Shown: one piece after another, positions 27,451-41,354 of the stretch
Numbering within the stretch: the first letter of the stretch is position 1
Layout: each line of letters opens with the position of its first letter
Program-made: the position numbers and the translations under genes
The notes under the pieces: generated by a model
Seen by the model: only the letters and a program-made list of their open reading frames with translations
What the model was told of the DNA's origin: nothing
The model's database searches: none
Source of the DNA: Eledone cirrhosa
Taxonomy: Eukaryota
Assembly (NCBI GenBank): GCA_964016885.1
Contig: OZ024756.1
Location: 31,930,001 to 31,994,000, forward strand
DNA: 64,000 bases
Reading direction: 5' to 3'

Positions 27451-27451
27451 A

Positions 27452-27826
27452 TATGGGATAACAAATTATCGTTATAGGTAATCCAGTTAGAGGTTGTGAG
27501 TACTCTGTATTGTGGATAGTTTTAACGTACGGCGTTGTTTGACTCAACAAGAGGTTTCCTTAGTTAGGTGGCGGGTTCCCGGGAATTCCTATGCAGGTTA
27601 ATCTTGGAGTAATAATAGTGAAAGAGTGAAGAATAACATGGTCAACAGTACAAAAAAGGTTTTATTCCGAGGATTTGATTAGGCAAACATGTATTTAAGA
27701 TTGAGTGGCACAACTTCAAGTGATTAGCAAACTTTAGACACCCTAATCAATGAAACAATTGTTAATACTGTAAATAAAACCATTTTTGTACTGTTGACCA
27801 TGTTATTCTTCACTCTTTCACTATTT
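27452..27826. mobile_element. PLE-like terminus fold-back (53-bp arms 27614-27666 / 27773-27825)
   Basis: Inverted arms; the spacer has tgattag...ctaatca and GAAA-caattg-TT (hammerhead 3' half). A diverged relative lies at 58673-59005. Confidence 0.6.
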
Positions 27827-27871
27827 ATATATATATATATACATATACATGCATTATATATATGTATATAT

Positions 27872-28062
27872 AAGGCGGTGGATTGTCAGTATCGGTAGAG
27901 GGTCGGACGCCATGCTTTCCAGCATAGTTACGTCCCTTTACCATCTGAGTTCAAATCCCGCCGAGGTTGACTTTGCCTTTCATCTTTACGGGGTCGATAA
28001 AATAAAGTACCAGTAATACACTGGGTAATTTGCTGGCCTTATGCCTAAAGTAGAAACAATTA
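27872..28062 (+). mobile_element. SINE A, full-length
   Basis: Family motifs. Confidence 0.9.
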
Positions 28063-28092
28063 TATATGTATATATATATATATATATATATA

Positions 28093-28124
<32 letters not shown>

Positions 28125-28140
28125 CACATATATATATATA

Positions 28141-28187
<47 letters not shown>

Positions 28188-28196
28188 ATGTGTGTT

Positions 28197-28233
<37 letters not shown>

Positions 28234-28359
28234 TTATATATATATATATATATATACTATATACATGTTATATATTATATGTTTATATGTATTATATATA
28301 TGTATATATACTTTTATATATATATATATATATATACATGTATTTATATATACATGCAA

Positions 28360-28402
<43 letters not shown>

Positions 28403-28986
28403 TACACACACACACACACAAACACATATATATATATATATATATGTACACATATATATATATTGCTGCCTCGATATTATCTGATTATTTCACAAACATA
28501 TAATTTGAAATAATCTCCTTATTTTGAGAAGTTTTCATTATTTTTTATCAAGTTTGTTTATTATCCCTTTAGTTGGTTGTTTTGTTTTATTTCATCAAAA
28601 CTTTTTCCTCTGTAACTTTTACTAACATCGGTGATATTAGCGAAACTTATCTCTATTTCAAATATATTTAAGACGCATTTATTTATTTTCTGTAAACATA
28701 AGCTTAACCAAATTTGAAACAGCTCATTTCATATATATTCAATTTTCATTCTTTCTTTTTACATTCATTTGTAAGTCCATATTTTTTTACATATTTATTT
28801 TCGATAAATCATTTGCTTGCTACTAAAAATTTTAATAGTTCCGAATAATGTTGAAAGATTTAGAAAAATAGATTTTAAATAATAAAGATTCTTTCTAATA
28901 TTGTCAAAAAGAGCAGCAATTTGGGAGAAAAGTGGAACTTTCGATTATGTTGGTTCCAATACTTAAATGGAACATTATTTCATCAT

Positions 28987-29168
28987 TGGCAGTATCGGTA
29001 GAGAGTCGGACGCCATGCTTTGACGCATAGAGTTACGGCCCTTGCTATTCTGAGTTCAAATCCCGCCGAGGTTAACTTTGCCTTTCATCCTTACGGGGTC
29101 GATGAAATAAAGTACCAGTAATGCACTGGGAATTAGCTGGCCTTGTGCCAAAAGTAGAAACAATTATT
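28987..29168 (+). mobile_element. SINE A
   Basis: Family motifs. Confidence 0.9.
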
Positions 29169-29296
29169 TCATCAACCCTGATTGAATGATGATGATGATC
29201 GTGGTGTGATGATGGTGATGGTAATGATGAGTCCGTTCTTTAAAATATGTTTCAGTACAGCGTCAGTCTACGAGCGCTGATTGCATACCCCCCCCC

Positions 29297-29335
<39 letters not shown>

Positions 29336-30274
29336 CATATATGTATATATATATATATATATATGCATATATGTATATGTATATGTATATATACATATAC
29401 ATATATATATATATACATATATGCATATATGCATACAAATATATATACACATATGAATATATAAGTGGTCATCAATATTTCCTTTCTAAGTGCTTAGAAA
29501 ACATATTTTGTTTTGGATTCGTGTGTTGAAAAGAAAAAAAAATAATGTACCTACGAGGCATAGGAACAGCTCAATATGTAGGTAAATATATTTAGTTCAA
29601 TACCCAACATAAACTTATGCATCAATTTGTAAGGAACAACTGCCGAGTAGTCCCTTAAATTGTGAAATACACTTTTGGTCTTGCTGTGTAAGAGTATATT
29701 ATTTTCATTCATTCAAGACAATTCCCCAATAAACTTCAATCACATAAATATCTCTCAAATATGAAATATGCTTTCATACACCTTGTGTTTTTTAAGCCGT
29801 ATTTGGGCCCGAATGATTCCATCTCCATAAAACATTATCTTTTAAGTGTAAAATGAAGGATTGCGATATTTCTTAAGGAGAGAAGCTGATAGAAAGATCA
29901 AAATATTATACACCCAGAATAAATATTGGAGTCGGAGTTACATACCAATTCTTGGCTTCGGGTAGATAAATATAAATCAAATAATCAGATATTTACTGGG
30001 GTTGCTTCAGTAGACTATACGTCTCCAGAGCAAAATATATGCTTTTGTTGCAATGTGAGAGATCAATATATAACTTAGGTTTATTCACAGCAACGTGATG
30101 TGAGCTTGACATTAAAACAGGCTTTTAGATTCGACCCACACAGAGCTAAGTAAATATGAAATGTCATGTACATTTAAAACCGACACTTCAATAAAAAAAA
30201 AATGTCTAACGATAAAGCCGCAGATCAGCAGATGTGCTTGAACTAATATTGTCGACTAAATTGTGAAAATGAAT

Positions 30275-30440
30275 ACGTCGGTTTCAACGACGATTCTTCC
30301 AGTTATTTGATCAACAGAATATCCAGCTCGTGAAATTAGTGGGAAAGTGGCTGAGTATTCCACAGATATGTGTATTCTTAAAGTAATTCAGCGGGGGAAC
30401 TGTATGAATAAGCTGGCCTATAAAATAACAGTTCACTCTG
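30275..30440 (-). mobile_element. Old SINE family B, 3' part
   Basis: ctgtggaatactcagccactttcccactaatttcacgagctggatattctgttgatc...gtcgttgaaaccgacg. Confidence 0.6.
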
Positions 30441-31981
30441 TGCAGCATTGCTCTCTGAATTTTCCTTGCTTCCAGCCCGGTCTTATTTTCGTCTACACGC
30501 ATCAGCTCTTCAGAAAAGAACTCTGCTAAGAGGTTCATTTTCACGCTTCACATGTACGGATGATGCGAGCCTCCTGATACTCGCCTTATGATACCAAAAA
30601 GGTGAGCTCAAAAATTCATAATGACGCCCGTCCATGAATCTGGAATGTCAATTTATTTATCAAGTTACAAAAATAACGAAATGGGTTTTAACTCTGAGTG
30701 CAGAAACCCAGAATAAATACCGAAAGTAATTTAATCCAATGCTCTAACAACTCTATTATTTTACCACTGAATAAAGTATTCCACTAATCCACGGCTATAG
30801 ACAGTACTTTATTTATCGACCTCCGAATAAATGGCAAGAAAAAGTTGACCTAAACGAGACTTGAACTCAGAAAGCTGGAACACACCATAAGTTCATTTAA
30901 TATGATACTTTAATGGTTCTTCTAATTCACCACCGATTATCACATATGACTTCGATATACTTGGGATCGAGAAAGATTTGTTCTTCAACGCCTTACTGAT
31001 GATTTACTCGTCTATTTCATTTCATAGTGATTTATAAGAAACATAATAAAAAATGTAAATAAAATCTGTTATACTTCATTATATTCACAAAAGACATATT
31101 ATAGAAATCGTCAGCAGGTCTCCCTATAATATTTAAGCACATCAAATATTTGTAATCGCCAGCTCTTGTTCAGATTGGACCACAGCAGGCAATATACGTA
31201 TAAAGAAAAAAAACAAACATCTATTTATTCAGTGTCTAGACGGTTTAGAAAAATCGGAACATGCAAGAGTGCCAAGAAAAAAACAAAAACTATATAAATA
31301 CAAAATACAAAAACTAAATAAAGAAAGAAATTACAAAAAGAATTTTAAAAAATCATAAAAAACAAAAACGACTTTAACAATAAGTCAAAAAGCTTTTAAT
31401 GTTTCACTGCAAAGTTTGGAGGGAAATGGTTAAAAAGAAAGAAAAGAAAATGCAATGAAATGAAAAGGAATTATTACGTCGGCAAATTTTTGGGGAAAAC
31501 ATTGAATATTTAATTGTGTTGGCGTCGAAAACGATCGATTTTAGTTTGTGTTGAATATTTTCATGAAATGAGATATTACGAAACCAAAGCAAACGAAAAA
31601 ATATGCAAGATATGAACAAGCAAAGTTAAGAATTGTTGTATTGTTGTATTTAATGTTCAGAGAAGTGAGACATTTGATTTGTATATATTTTTTTCACCCT
31701 TAACTTCAATACTTCTTGAAATACCTCGTATATGTGATATATATAGATACACACACACACACACGGAAACACACTCACATATACGCACACAAACACACGT
31801 ACAGACAGAAACACACTCGCATACACACACACCCACACATATACACACACACACACTCATATATATGTATATATGTATATACATTATATTAAATAGACAC
31901 ACAGACACAGACACACAGACACATATACACACACGCACACATACACACACATATATATATATATATACATATATATATATG

Positions 31982-32014
<33 letters not shown>

Positions 32015-32082
32015 GTGTATATATATATATATATATATAAATATAAAAGCACACATCATATCTAGAGAATTATATAGATAAT

Positions 32083-32160
<78 letters not shown>

Positions 32161-32621
32161 GGCACTTCAGATATATGAGGACTGATGTATTCTCTTCATG
32201 TATGATTTTTATAAGACATTACGTGTTTTTAAAATGTGGATTCAAGATCAATATTAGCGGTGATGGGGGTAATCAATTGAAATTGTTCCAATGTCTTAAA
32301 AGCAATGGTGATAATATAAATATGGCGGCATTGAGATTTGAACTTAATAGAGTCGCACAAGGGATTGATTTGATAGAATTGTTACAAGGTAAGGCAAAAT
32401 GCTATGCAATATTTTTCTCTGGCTTTTTGCCACTCGATTAGCAGAAGGCAACCGAGAGCGAGCTGTTGGAGCCAAAACCAAGCGATCTCTCCAACTTGCT
32501 ATGTTTACTTTCGCGTGGGATTTGTCTGAACTGAACATGGTGAGCTGAGTTTCAAGTAAAACATCAAAGATTTAATTTGCGACTCAGCTGAATAGTACAA
32601 TCCTCTATGGCAATTTTAATG

Positions 32622-32830
32622 TTGGCAGTATCAGTAGAGAGCCGGATACCATGCTTTGCAGCATAGTGTTATAGCACTTTAAGGTCTGAGTTCAAATCCC
32701 ACCGAGGTTAACTTTGCGTTTCATCCTTACGGGATCGATAAAATAGAAGTACCAGTAACGTGCTGGTGTCGATCTAATCGACTTTCCCCTCCCCGAAATT
32801 ACTAGCCTTGTGCCTATACTAGTAATCATT
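32622..32830 (+). mobile_element. SINE A, long-tail type
   Basis: Family motifs. Confidence 0.9.
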
Positions 32831-33292
32831 TTTAATGATTTATAAATATCAATGAGTATAGTTTTGAAGTGCTGAAAATTAATCCTAGGCTACCAAGTTC
32901 GAGTTTATGGTTCGAGTGTAATGTATAAATTTTTCTATTATATTGCATTCAACTTATTTTACATTTTTCACTAATAAATATGCAATAGCACACACATGGT
33001 CACACACGTACTGAAATACATTGATGAACCTAACTCGATCCCTAAAGACTGCCTTGGTAGAATAACTTGAATGCGAATAACTTTTACGACCTTTCTTTTC
33101 TTGCTGTTAAAGGTAGTTTCACATCCCACTCTCTCTCCTATTTTCTCTCATGAGCTCTCTATATAATCTTACAGCCCTTTTGAAATTATAGCAGACGTGT
33201 CAACTCTCGCCGTGTGACGGGGAAATCTCCCACCTACATTGGGGTTTCTTTTGTGAAAATGGGTACAGCTTTCATTATGTAAAATCTCTAAA

Positions 33293-33482
33293 AAGGCGGT
33301 GGATTGGCAGTATCGGTAGAGGGTCGGACGCCATCCATTCCAGCATAGTTACGTCCCTTTACGATCTAAGTCAAGTTCCGCCGAGGTTAACTTTGCCTTT
33401 CATCCTTACGAGGTCGATAAAATAAAGTACCAGTAATGCACTGGGTATTTGCTGGTCTTGTGTCAAAAGTAAGAACAATTAT
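33293..33482 (+). mobile_element. SINE A, full-length
   Basis: Family motifs. Confidence 0.9.
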
Positions 33483-33575
33483 GTAAAATCTCACCAATTT
33501 GTCTCATTTCTTCCCGATTCGGGGCACTTTGTTTTCATAAACAGACCTACCAACCTCTAAAAGCCCATTTTAGAG

Positions 33576-33810
33576 GGTGGTGTAGTGGTTGTGTGGTTGG
33601 TGTAGTGGCAATGGAGGTGGTATAGTGGTCATGTGGTTGGTGTAGCAGCAATGGAGGTGGTGTAGTGGTCGTGTGGTTGGTGTAGCGGCAATGGAGGTGG
33701 TGTAGTGCTGGTGTGGTTGGTGTAGCGGCAATGGAGGTGGTGTAGTGGTTGTGTAGTTGGTGTAGTGGCAATGGAGGTGGTGAAGTGGTCGTGTGGTTGG
33801 TGTGGTTGGT
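33576..33810. repeat. 40-bp GT-rich minisatellite
   Basis: atggaggtgg recurs at 33611, 33651, 33691, 33731 and 33771. Confidence 0.9.
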
Positions 33811-34110
33811 GGAGCAGTTATGGCGATAGTGAAGTGGAGGTATTGATAGTATAGCAATAATGGTGATGAGGGTGTGGTAGTATTGATGGTGTAGTAGCAA
33901 CGGTGAGGGTGTAGTGATGGTGTAAGGGAGGTGGTGTACTGGTCGTGTGGTTGGTGTAACGTTTGTGTTGATAGTGTGGCGGTAATATTCATCGGAAATT
34001 TTCAGATCAGTGGATGAAAAATAGATAAATAAACTAAGAAAATAAATAGATAAATAAATAAATAAAAAATCATGAAAATGCGAATCAGTCAGTCGTGAGT
34101 AACTCCCGAT

Positions 34111-34124
34111 CCGCCAGAGGGAGC
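34111..34124 (+). promoter_or_regulatory. CTCF-consensus-like site
   Basis: CCGCCAGAGGGAGC resembles the bilaterian CTCF core; motif match only. Confidence 0.3.
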
Positions 34125-34286
34125 ACGAGAGGAAATGAAACAGAAAAATTACATTTCTTCAGTGTAACACATCTTGCTCTTGTTTTTGTTTATTCAGTAG
34201 AGAGTAAAGATGCCTTAATATTTTGATATGTTTTATATATATATATGTAGGTATGTATGTATATATATATAATATATATATATATG

Positions 34287-34341
<55 letters not shown>

Positions 34342-34527
34342 ATGTATATGTATATATATTTGTATATACATATATGTGTATGTATATATATATATATATA
34401 TATATACATATATGTATAGATATATATGCATAAATATATACATATATATATATATACATATACACATACACATACATATACACATACACATACACCTACA
34501 CACACACATGCTCACACACACACATAT

Positions 34528-34558
<31 letters not shown>

Positions 34559-34914
34559 CATTCATGAATTAAAACAATTTCTACAAAACAAATTAACGCT
34601 CTTTGTTGTTGTTGTTTCTGTTGTTGTTGTTGCTGTTGTTGTTTTATTAATTTTGTGTTTTTCTCTGTTCTATTTTTTTTTCTAGATTAAGAAGAATTTA
34701 AAAAGAAGGAACGGAAAGAAAAACATATATTGGTAAAAATAATGTGAAATTTGTAAAAAAAATGTTTAAAAAAAAAAGTAAAATCAAAGAAAACGAAAAT
34801 AAACGAAAAAAAAAAATCTAAAACTAGTAAATATATAAAAATATGAAAATAAAATAATGAAAATACATGTAATAGAAATTAATGAAATAAAAAAAACCAA
34901 ACAAACATCCATCA

Positions 34915-34915
34915 A

Positions 34916-34990
<75 letters not shown>

Positions 34991-35000
34991 GCTACTGTTG

Positions 35001-35072
<72 letters not shown>

Positions 35073-35283
35073 ATACTACTACTACTATTGCTGCTGCTGT
35101 TGCTGTTGCTACTGCTAATACTACTTCTACTACTACTACTACCACTACTGCTAATACTACTTCTACTACTACTGCTATACTACCACTACTACTACTACCA
35201 CGACCACCACCACAACCACCACCACCACCACCACCACCACCACCACAACCACCACCACCACCACCACCACCACCACAACCACC

Positions 35284-35326
<43 letters not shown>

Positions 35327-35353
35327 TTACTACTACTACTGCTGCTGCTGCTG

Positions 35354-35410
<57 letters not shown>

Positions 35411-35428
35411 TTATTATTACTGCTGCTG

Positions 35429-35488
<60 letters not shown>

Positions 35489-35490
35489 AA
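34915..35490. repeat. (ACT)n/(ACC)n/(GCT)n compound microsatellite
   Basis: Direct. Confidence 0.95.
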
Positions 35491-35620
35491 TTACTACAAC
35501 TAATAAGTATTTCCACCGTTGGCTCAAGCGCAGCAATTTGGATGAATGTGTGTAAGTGTATGTGTATGTGCGTGTATGTATGTGTTTGTTTATTATTGTA
35601 TTCATTATATAATGGTACAC

Positions 35621-36080
35621 TTTCATCCTTACGGGGGTCGATAAAATAAAGTACCAGTCACGCACTGGGGTCGGTTTAATCGACTTTCCCCTTCCCCCAA
35701 AATGCAGACCTTGTGCTTATGTAAGAAACCATTATATATGGTACACCTTTATTATACCTTATATCTTATCTAGGGCAGTATCGGTAGAGGGTGAGACGCC
35801 ATGCTTTGAAGCATAGAGTTACGTCCCTTTATGATCTGAGTTCAAATCTCGCCGAGGTTAACTTTGCCTTTCATACTTACGGGGTCGATAAAATAAAGTA
35901 CCAGTAATGTACTGGTTATTTGCTGACCTTGTGCCAAAAGTAGAAACAATTATACCTTATCTTTATTTCGTTTCGCCGAGGTTGGCAATGCCTTTCATCC
36001 TTACGGGGTCGACAAAATAAACTACCGGCAATGCACTGGATAAATTGCTGGCCTTGTGCCTAGAGTAGAAACAATTATTA
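35621..36080 (+). mobile_element. Cluster of three SINE A copies or fragments
   Basis: 35621-35735, 35774-35953 and 35972-36080. Confidence 0.85.
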
Positions 36081-36084
36081 CTAT

Positions 36085-36482
36085 TGTTAGTGATTGATGG
36101 GGTACCTGACTCAACCCTGGGTGGTTATACCCCCTATTGGGGAATTTTCTTGTAATTTTCTTATTATTTTGTTATTGTTATTTATATTGTTTACACGTTG
36201 TATATGTAAACCCCCCACTGTCCCTGTCATTTGTATTGTCACCTATATGTCGGCCCAGGTGGCCAATAAATGAAATCATTATTGGTAGTAGTTGGTGGGG
36301 TACCTAACTCAAGCTTGAGTGGTTATCTCCCTCATTGGGAGAATTGTCATTGTTGTAAGTTTCTTGTTTATTGTTATTGTCTTCCTATTTTTTACTCGAT
36401 TTTGTGTAAAAGCCCCACTGTCACCGTCTATTGTATTGTTCCCTATATGTCGACACTTGGGGCCAATAAATGAAACCATTAT
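36085..36482 (+). mobile_element. Two tandem ~200-bp L1/Tx1-like 3' UTR fragments
   Basis: Unit ggggtacct.actcaa...ggccAATAAAtgaaa.catt occurs twice, followed by (TAG)n; ccccctattggggaatttt is shared with 61070-62395(-). Confidence 0.55.
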
Positions 36483-36523
36483 TGGTAGTAGTATTAATAG
36501 TAGTCGTAGTAGTAGTTGTAGTA

Positions 36524-36590
<67 letters not shown>

Positions 36591-36775
36591 AAGTAGTGGT
36601 AGTAGTAGTGGTACTACTAGTAGTAATACTACTACTAGCATTAGTAGAACTAGTATTAGTAGTAGTAGTTGTTCCCAATTCTCGGTTTTGCGAAAGTTAT
36701 TGTGAGATATAGCTTTCGTGTGAAGTGTTTGATAACCGGCCAACTTGTTTACGTCTTTTTTTCTCTCTCTTCTTT

Positions 36776-36845
<70 letters not shown>

Positions 36846-37019
36846 TTTATTTATTTTATTTGTATATTTAGTTATATATTTTTTAACTAAGGTGTTCGAT
36901 ATCCAATATTCTAAGAGAGTTATTATCATTCTTTTGGAACTATGGTCATTTTTTCAAACACGTTTTTTCAGAGAAGAAAAGAAAAAAAAAGAAAAGGAAA
37001 GAAAAAAAGCAATAACATC

Positions 37020-37065
<46 letters not shown>

Positions 37066-37649
37066 GCAACAATGACAGTAATAACAACAACAGTAGCAAC
37101 AAATGCCACAACAGAAATATCAGCAACAAAAAACTGCAGCAACAACAGCAACAAATACCACAACAGCAATACGAACATCAGCAAAAAGAAATGCCACAAT
37201 AGCAATATCAGCAACAAAAAACTGCAGCAACAGCAGCAGCAGCATTAGCAACAACAACAACAGCAATAAAGCCTCAACAACAATAACAAATGCTACAATA
37301 GCAATAGCAGCAATAGCAACAGCAACATCAACAACAACATCAGCCACAGCACAGCACAGGCACAGTATCAAAATCAACAATAATGAGAACAGCATTTACT
37401 ATCATCATCATCATCATCATCATCACCATCATCATCGACAACATCAACCACAACACCTGCAACAACATCATTTAGCAACAAGGGTATGGACCTTCCTTTG
37501 GTCACGAATGACCATGGGATTTGCACGAAGAAAGTTTACCTCCGAGACACCTGTCAAGGCAAAGTTGTTTGTGGAAGATCAACAGTCGCCCATGTATACC
37601 ACCGATGATGTCCAAGGGAAAGATATATATATATATATATATATATACG

Positions 37650-38068
37650 TAAGAATATTTTCGAAACAGCGAGTTGGTTTGAAATTATTAGAAATGTAAG
37701 CTATCGCTCGCCATATTTTTGACTAAAAAAATTATTTAGCCTGATAGTGGGGTTAAGAACCCTCGGAGAATTGGAAAAAGATGGGTATTGACGTACATGG
37801 GAGTCGAACCCACATATTTGGTTATCCGGACCACTGTGATACTATTTACACCAACACATCACCCGTCTTTTGCCATTCAAATTAGAAGCTATAAACTTAG
37901 CGACTGTAATGTCAAATAAGAATATTTTCGAAACAGCGAGTTGGTTTGAAATTATTAGAAATGTAAGCTATCGCCGTAATTTTTGACTAAAGAAATTAAA
38001 GAAATTATTTAGCCTGATAGTGGAGTTAAGAACGCTTGGAGAAATGGAAAAAGATGAGTATTGACGTA
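37650..38068 (-). repeat. 267-bp tandem unit (about 1.5 copies) carrying a tRNA-like sequence
   Basis: aagaatattttcgaaacagcgagttgg at 37651 and 37918; homologous to 51357-51812. Confidence 0.85.
37789..37860 (-). pseudogene. 72-nt tRNA-like cloverleaf followed by T5
   Basis: gatgtgt-tg-gtgt.aaatagta.tcac-a-gtggt.ccGGAta.accaa-atat-gtggg.TTCGACT.cccat-gtacgtc-a. It has C33 and many G-U pairs, so it is probably non-functional. Confidence 0.7.
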
Positions 38069-38327
38069 TATATATATATACTTTCGTACGTTCTTATTAA
38101 ATATGTAGCAATGTCCTTGATCATTATCATATCCTCTATAGCAAGCAGTCTTAAGGTTTCTGCAGAAAAGAAGATTTATAGATATTACCCAAAGCAGCTG
38201 TGTATTTGTCGCAATCTTTACTAACAAATAGTTACTTAAGAATCTACTGGCAAATACATGTATATATATACAATGGAGAGAGAGGGAGAGAGAGAGAGAG
38301 AGAGGGAGAGAGAGAGAGAGAGAGAAA

Positions 38328-38387
<60 letters not shown>

Positions 38388-38473
38388 GAGAGAGAGAGAT
38401 TAAATTAATAACGAGAGAGTTATATATATATATATATATAACGCTCTCGTTATTAATTTAATCTCTCTCTCTC
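38388..38473. repeat. Palindrome centred on (TA)n
   Basis: gagattaaattaataacgagagagt (ta)n acgctctcgttattaatttaatctc; one mismatch. Confidence 0.9.
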
Positions 38474-38481
38474 CATATATG

Positions 38482-38571
<90 letters not shown>

Positions 38572-38942
38572 GTGTATATATATATAAACACACATTTCTC
38601 TCTATTAACGCACACATACACAGATATATATATACATATACATACATATATATATACACGTATATATATATAAAGAGCCATATATCATGAGAGTAGAAGA
38701 GAAAGAACTATGATATAATATATTACACGACAATAGCCAAAGCGAAGTGTGCTCAATGCTTAGAGATGCAATGTTAAATATTATAGTGAAGTTAATATTT
38801 AATGAGAGTTAAGCGCAGAATATAAGCAGAGCAGGTATAACTAAAAATAAATGGAGGAGAAAGCAATACATTTGAAAACAAGATTTATTCCTCACACAGT
38901 GTTTCATCTAAAGTACTATTACAATATATCAGCTCTCTCGCT

Positions 38943-38994
<52 letters not shown>

Positions 38995-38998
38995 CTCT

Positions 38999-39038
<40 letters not shown>

Positions 39039-39404
39039 CCCCCCCCCCTCTCTCTCTCTCTATATATATATATATAGTATTAAGGATACTATTTATGGTT
39101 ATGTATATAATAAAACCTTTTATGATTATATATTTTTCATACAAACCCCAAATAGTGAAAGATAGTCATTTATTACTATCTTATTATCATTTATTACTAT
39201 CTTATTACCATTTATTACTATCTTATATATTTAGGTTTGAAGGTTCACCACTGGATAGAGCTGGTCATTCCGTATGGTCAATCTTGATGTAATAATATGG
39301 AGAGTACTCAACGTAAAGCAGATCAGCTGTCTTCGTTTGTGTAGTTGGTGGTGCGAGTACGGAGTTAAATATTATATTATAATAAAATAACAGCCTCCTG
39401 TTAT

Positions 39405-39479
<75 letters not shown>

Positions 39480-39674
39480 GTACATAAATATATGTATACA
39501 GACGTACAGTAGTATGTATATGTATACATACATGCACACATATATATATATGTAGGTATGGATTTACCGAACATTTATTATAATGCTCGGTGTGTTTGTA
39601 AATAAACCTCCCGAATTAAGCCGTACAGTGTTTAGCAACCATCGTTGCCCTTTTGTTCAACACTGACAAAGAAA

Positions 39675-39715
39675 CGATGTAGTAGTTTCAAGCTTATTAG
39701 CTATCGTCAGCACCG
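39675..39715 (-). ncRNA. Minimal type I hammerhead (degenerate stem III)
   Basis: cggtg-CTGACGA-tagctaataagctt-GAAA-ctac-TA-catcg; within a ~39480-39760 homolog of the 52530-53045 element. Confidence 0.6.
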
Positions 39716-39811
39716 CATACCTTCCTGCCAGCTGATTGAACGTCTTAAAATATATACTTTCCGTATGCATATTAACGGGTAAGCAGCCTAATTTGCATAT
39801 ATCTATCTATC

Positions 39812-39833
<22 letters not shown>

Positions 39834-39850
<17 letters not shown>

Positions 39851-40033
39851 TGAGAGGTGATATATTGTAATTGTATTTAGACGAAACACTGTTTGAGGAA
39901 TAAATCTTGTTTTCAAATGTATTGCTTTCTCCTCCATTTATTCTTTGCGATTCTTAAGCGATTCTTTGCTTAAAATGTAATCCCTTATTTTAACTTAAGC
40001 GATTCTTTGCTTAAAATGTAATCCCTTATTTTA

Positions 40034-40069
<36 letters not shown>

Positions 40070-40107
40070 GCGCACACGCACACACACACACACACACACA
40101 TACACAC

Positions 40108-40143
<36 letters not shown>

Positions 40144-40145
40144 AC

Positions 40146-40202
<57 letters not shown>

Positions 40203-40364
40203 CACACACACAGACACACACACATTTTAAGCAAAGAATCGCTTAAGAATCGCAAAGAATAAATGGAGGAGGAAGCAATACATTTGAAAACAAGATTTAT
40301 TCCTCACACAGTGTTTCATCTAAAGTACTATTACAATATATCAGCTCTCACTCTCTCTCTCTCT
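39834..40364. repeat. ~145-bp inverted arms around (TA)n(CA)n
   Basis: 39834-39978 versus 40222-40364; a third partial copy lies at 38847-38940. Confidence 0.85.
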
Positions 40365-40380
40365 ATATATATATATACAT

Positions 40381-40461
40381 AGCTCAAGCCATTTCGACGG
40401 CTATTTCTGGAAATAGCCGTCGAAACAGCTTGAGCTCTGCCGTCAGGGTCCTGACTCTTTT

Positions 40462-40536
<75 letters not shown>

Positions 40537-40572
40537 AAGTATGACCCCGACGGCAGAGCTATTTCTGGACAG
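40381..40572. mobile_element. Hammerhead-terminus fragments of a subfamily of the 16636-19344 PLE
   Basis: 27-bp fold-back agctcaagccatttcgacggctatttc-tg-gaaatagccgtcGAAAcagcttgagct, then ctgccGTCagggtc...ttccTA(TA)n. A further deleted inverted piece lies at 40533-40572. Confidence 0.8.
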
Positions 40573-40576
40573 TATG

Positions 40577-40624
<48 letters not shown>

Positions 40625-40676
40625 GATCCCGTTAAGGGTGAAGGCAACGATTCTTTGCTTAAACTTTAATCCATTA

Positions 40677-40718
<42 letters not shown>

Positions 40719-40765
40719 CATACACACACGCACACATACGCACACACACACATACACACACACAC

Positions 40766-40820
<55 letters not shown>

Positions 40821-41354
40821 TCATACTTATATTTATGTATACCTATGTATATTCACCAGTTTTATATATCTGTGTATGAGATATTTGCTTACGTATCAAG
40901 GCCAATATGACATTTTTTATGTGAAAGGTATTTAGCTTTACACCTGACTTTGGCACTGCTGTTTCGGTGCCATTACTTCGCTTCTAAAACGCCGGTCATT
41001 TTCTCGTTCATTCAGAACACACAAATGATCCAGCCAGCAATTAGTAGGTATCAGCCTTTGGTCGCTTCAATCATTGAATAAAAACGACATAATTACTAAC
41101 GTATTCATTAATTAGAGTCACACATTAATTGTATATCTTTCTAATTGCCAGCTAAGTGAAGGAAACAAGCTGTGTAAATCTTGAGACTTGTTAATAGTTT
41201 ATTGACTGTCTAAGAAACCACACCTCGATGTAATGAATAGAAGAAGGCATTATATTATTAACAAATGTTTCATTAGCTGACAATAATGTGATTAAAGCAC
41301 ATACGCATCACTGGCTCGTGTCACAATACACGAAGTCTAGGCTTTGCTTTACGA

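Noticed and set aside
30311-30544. 77-aa ORF with IQ-like ARKIQRAM
   Set aside because: It overlaps an old SINE B copy and has no convincing splice context.
37789-37860. Functional tRNA-Ser(GGA)
   Set aside because: C33, no long variable arm, weak acceptor stem, and it is part of a repeat unit.
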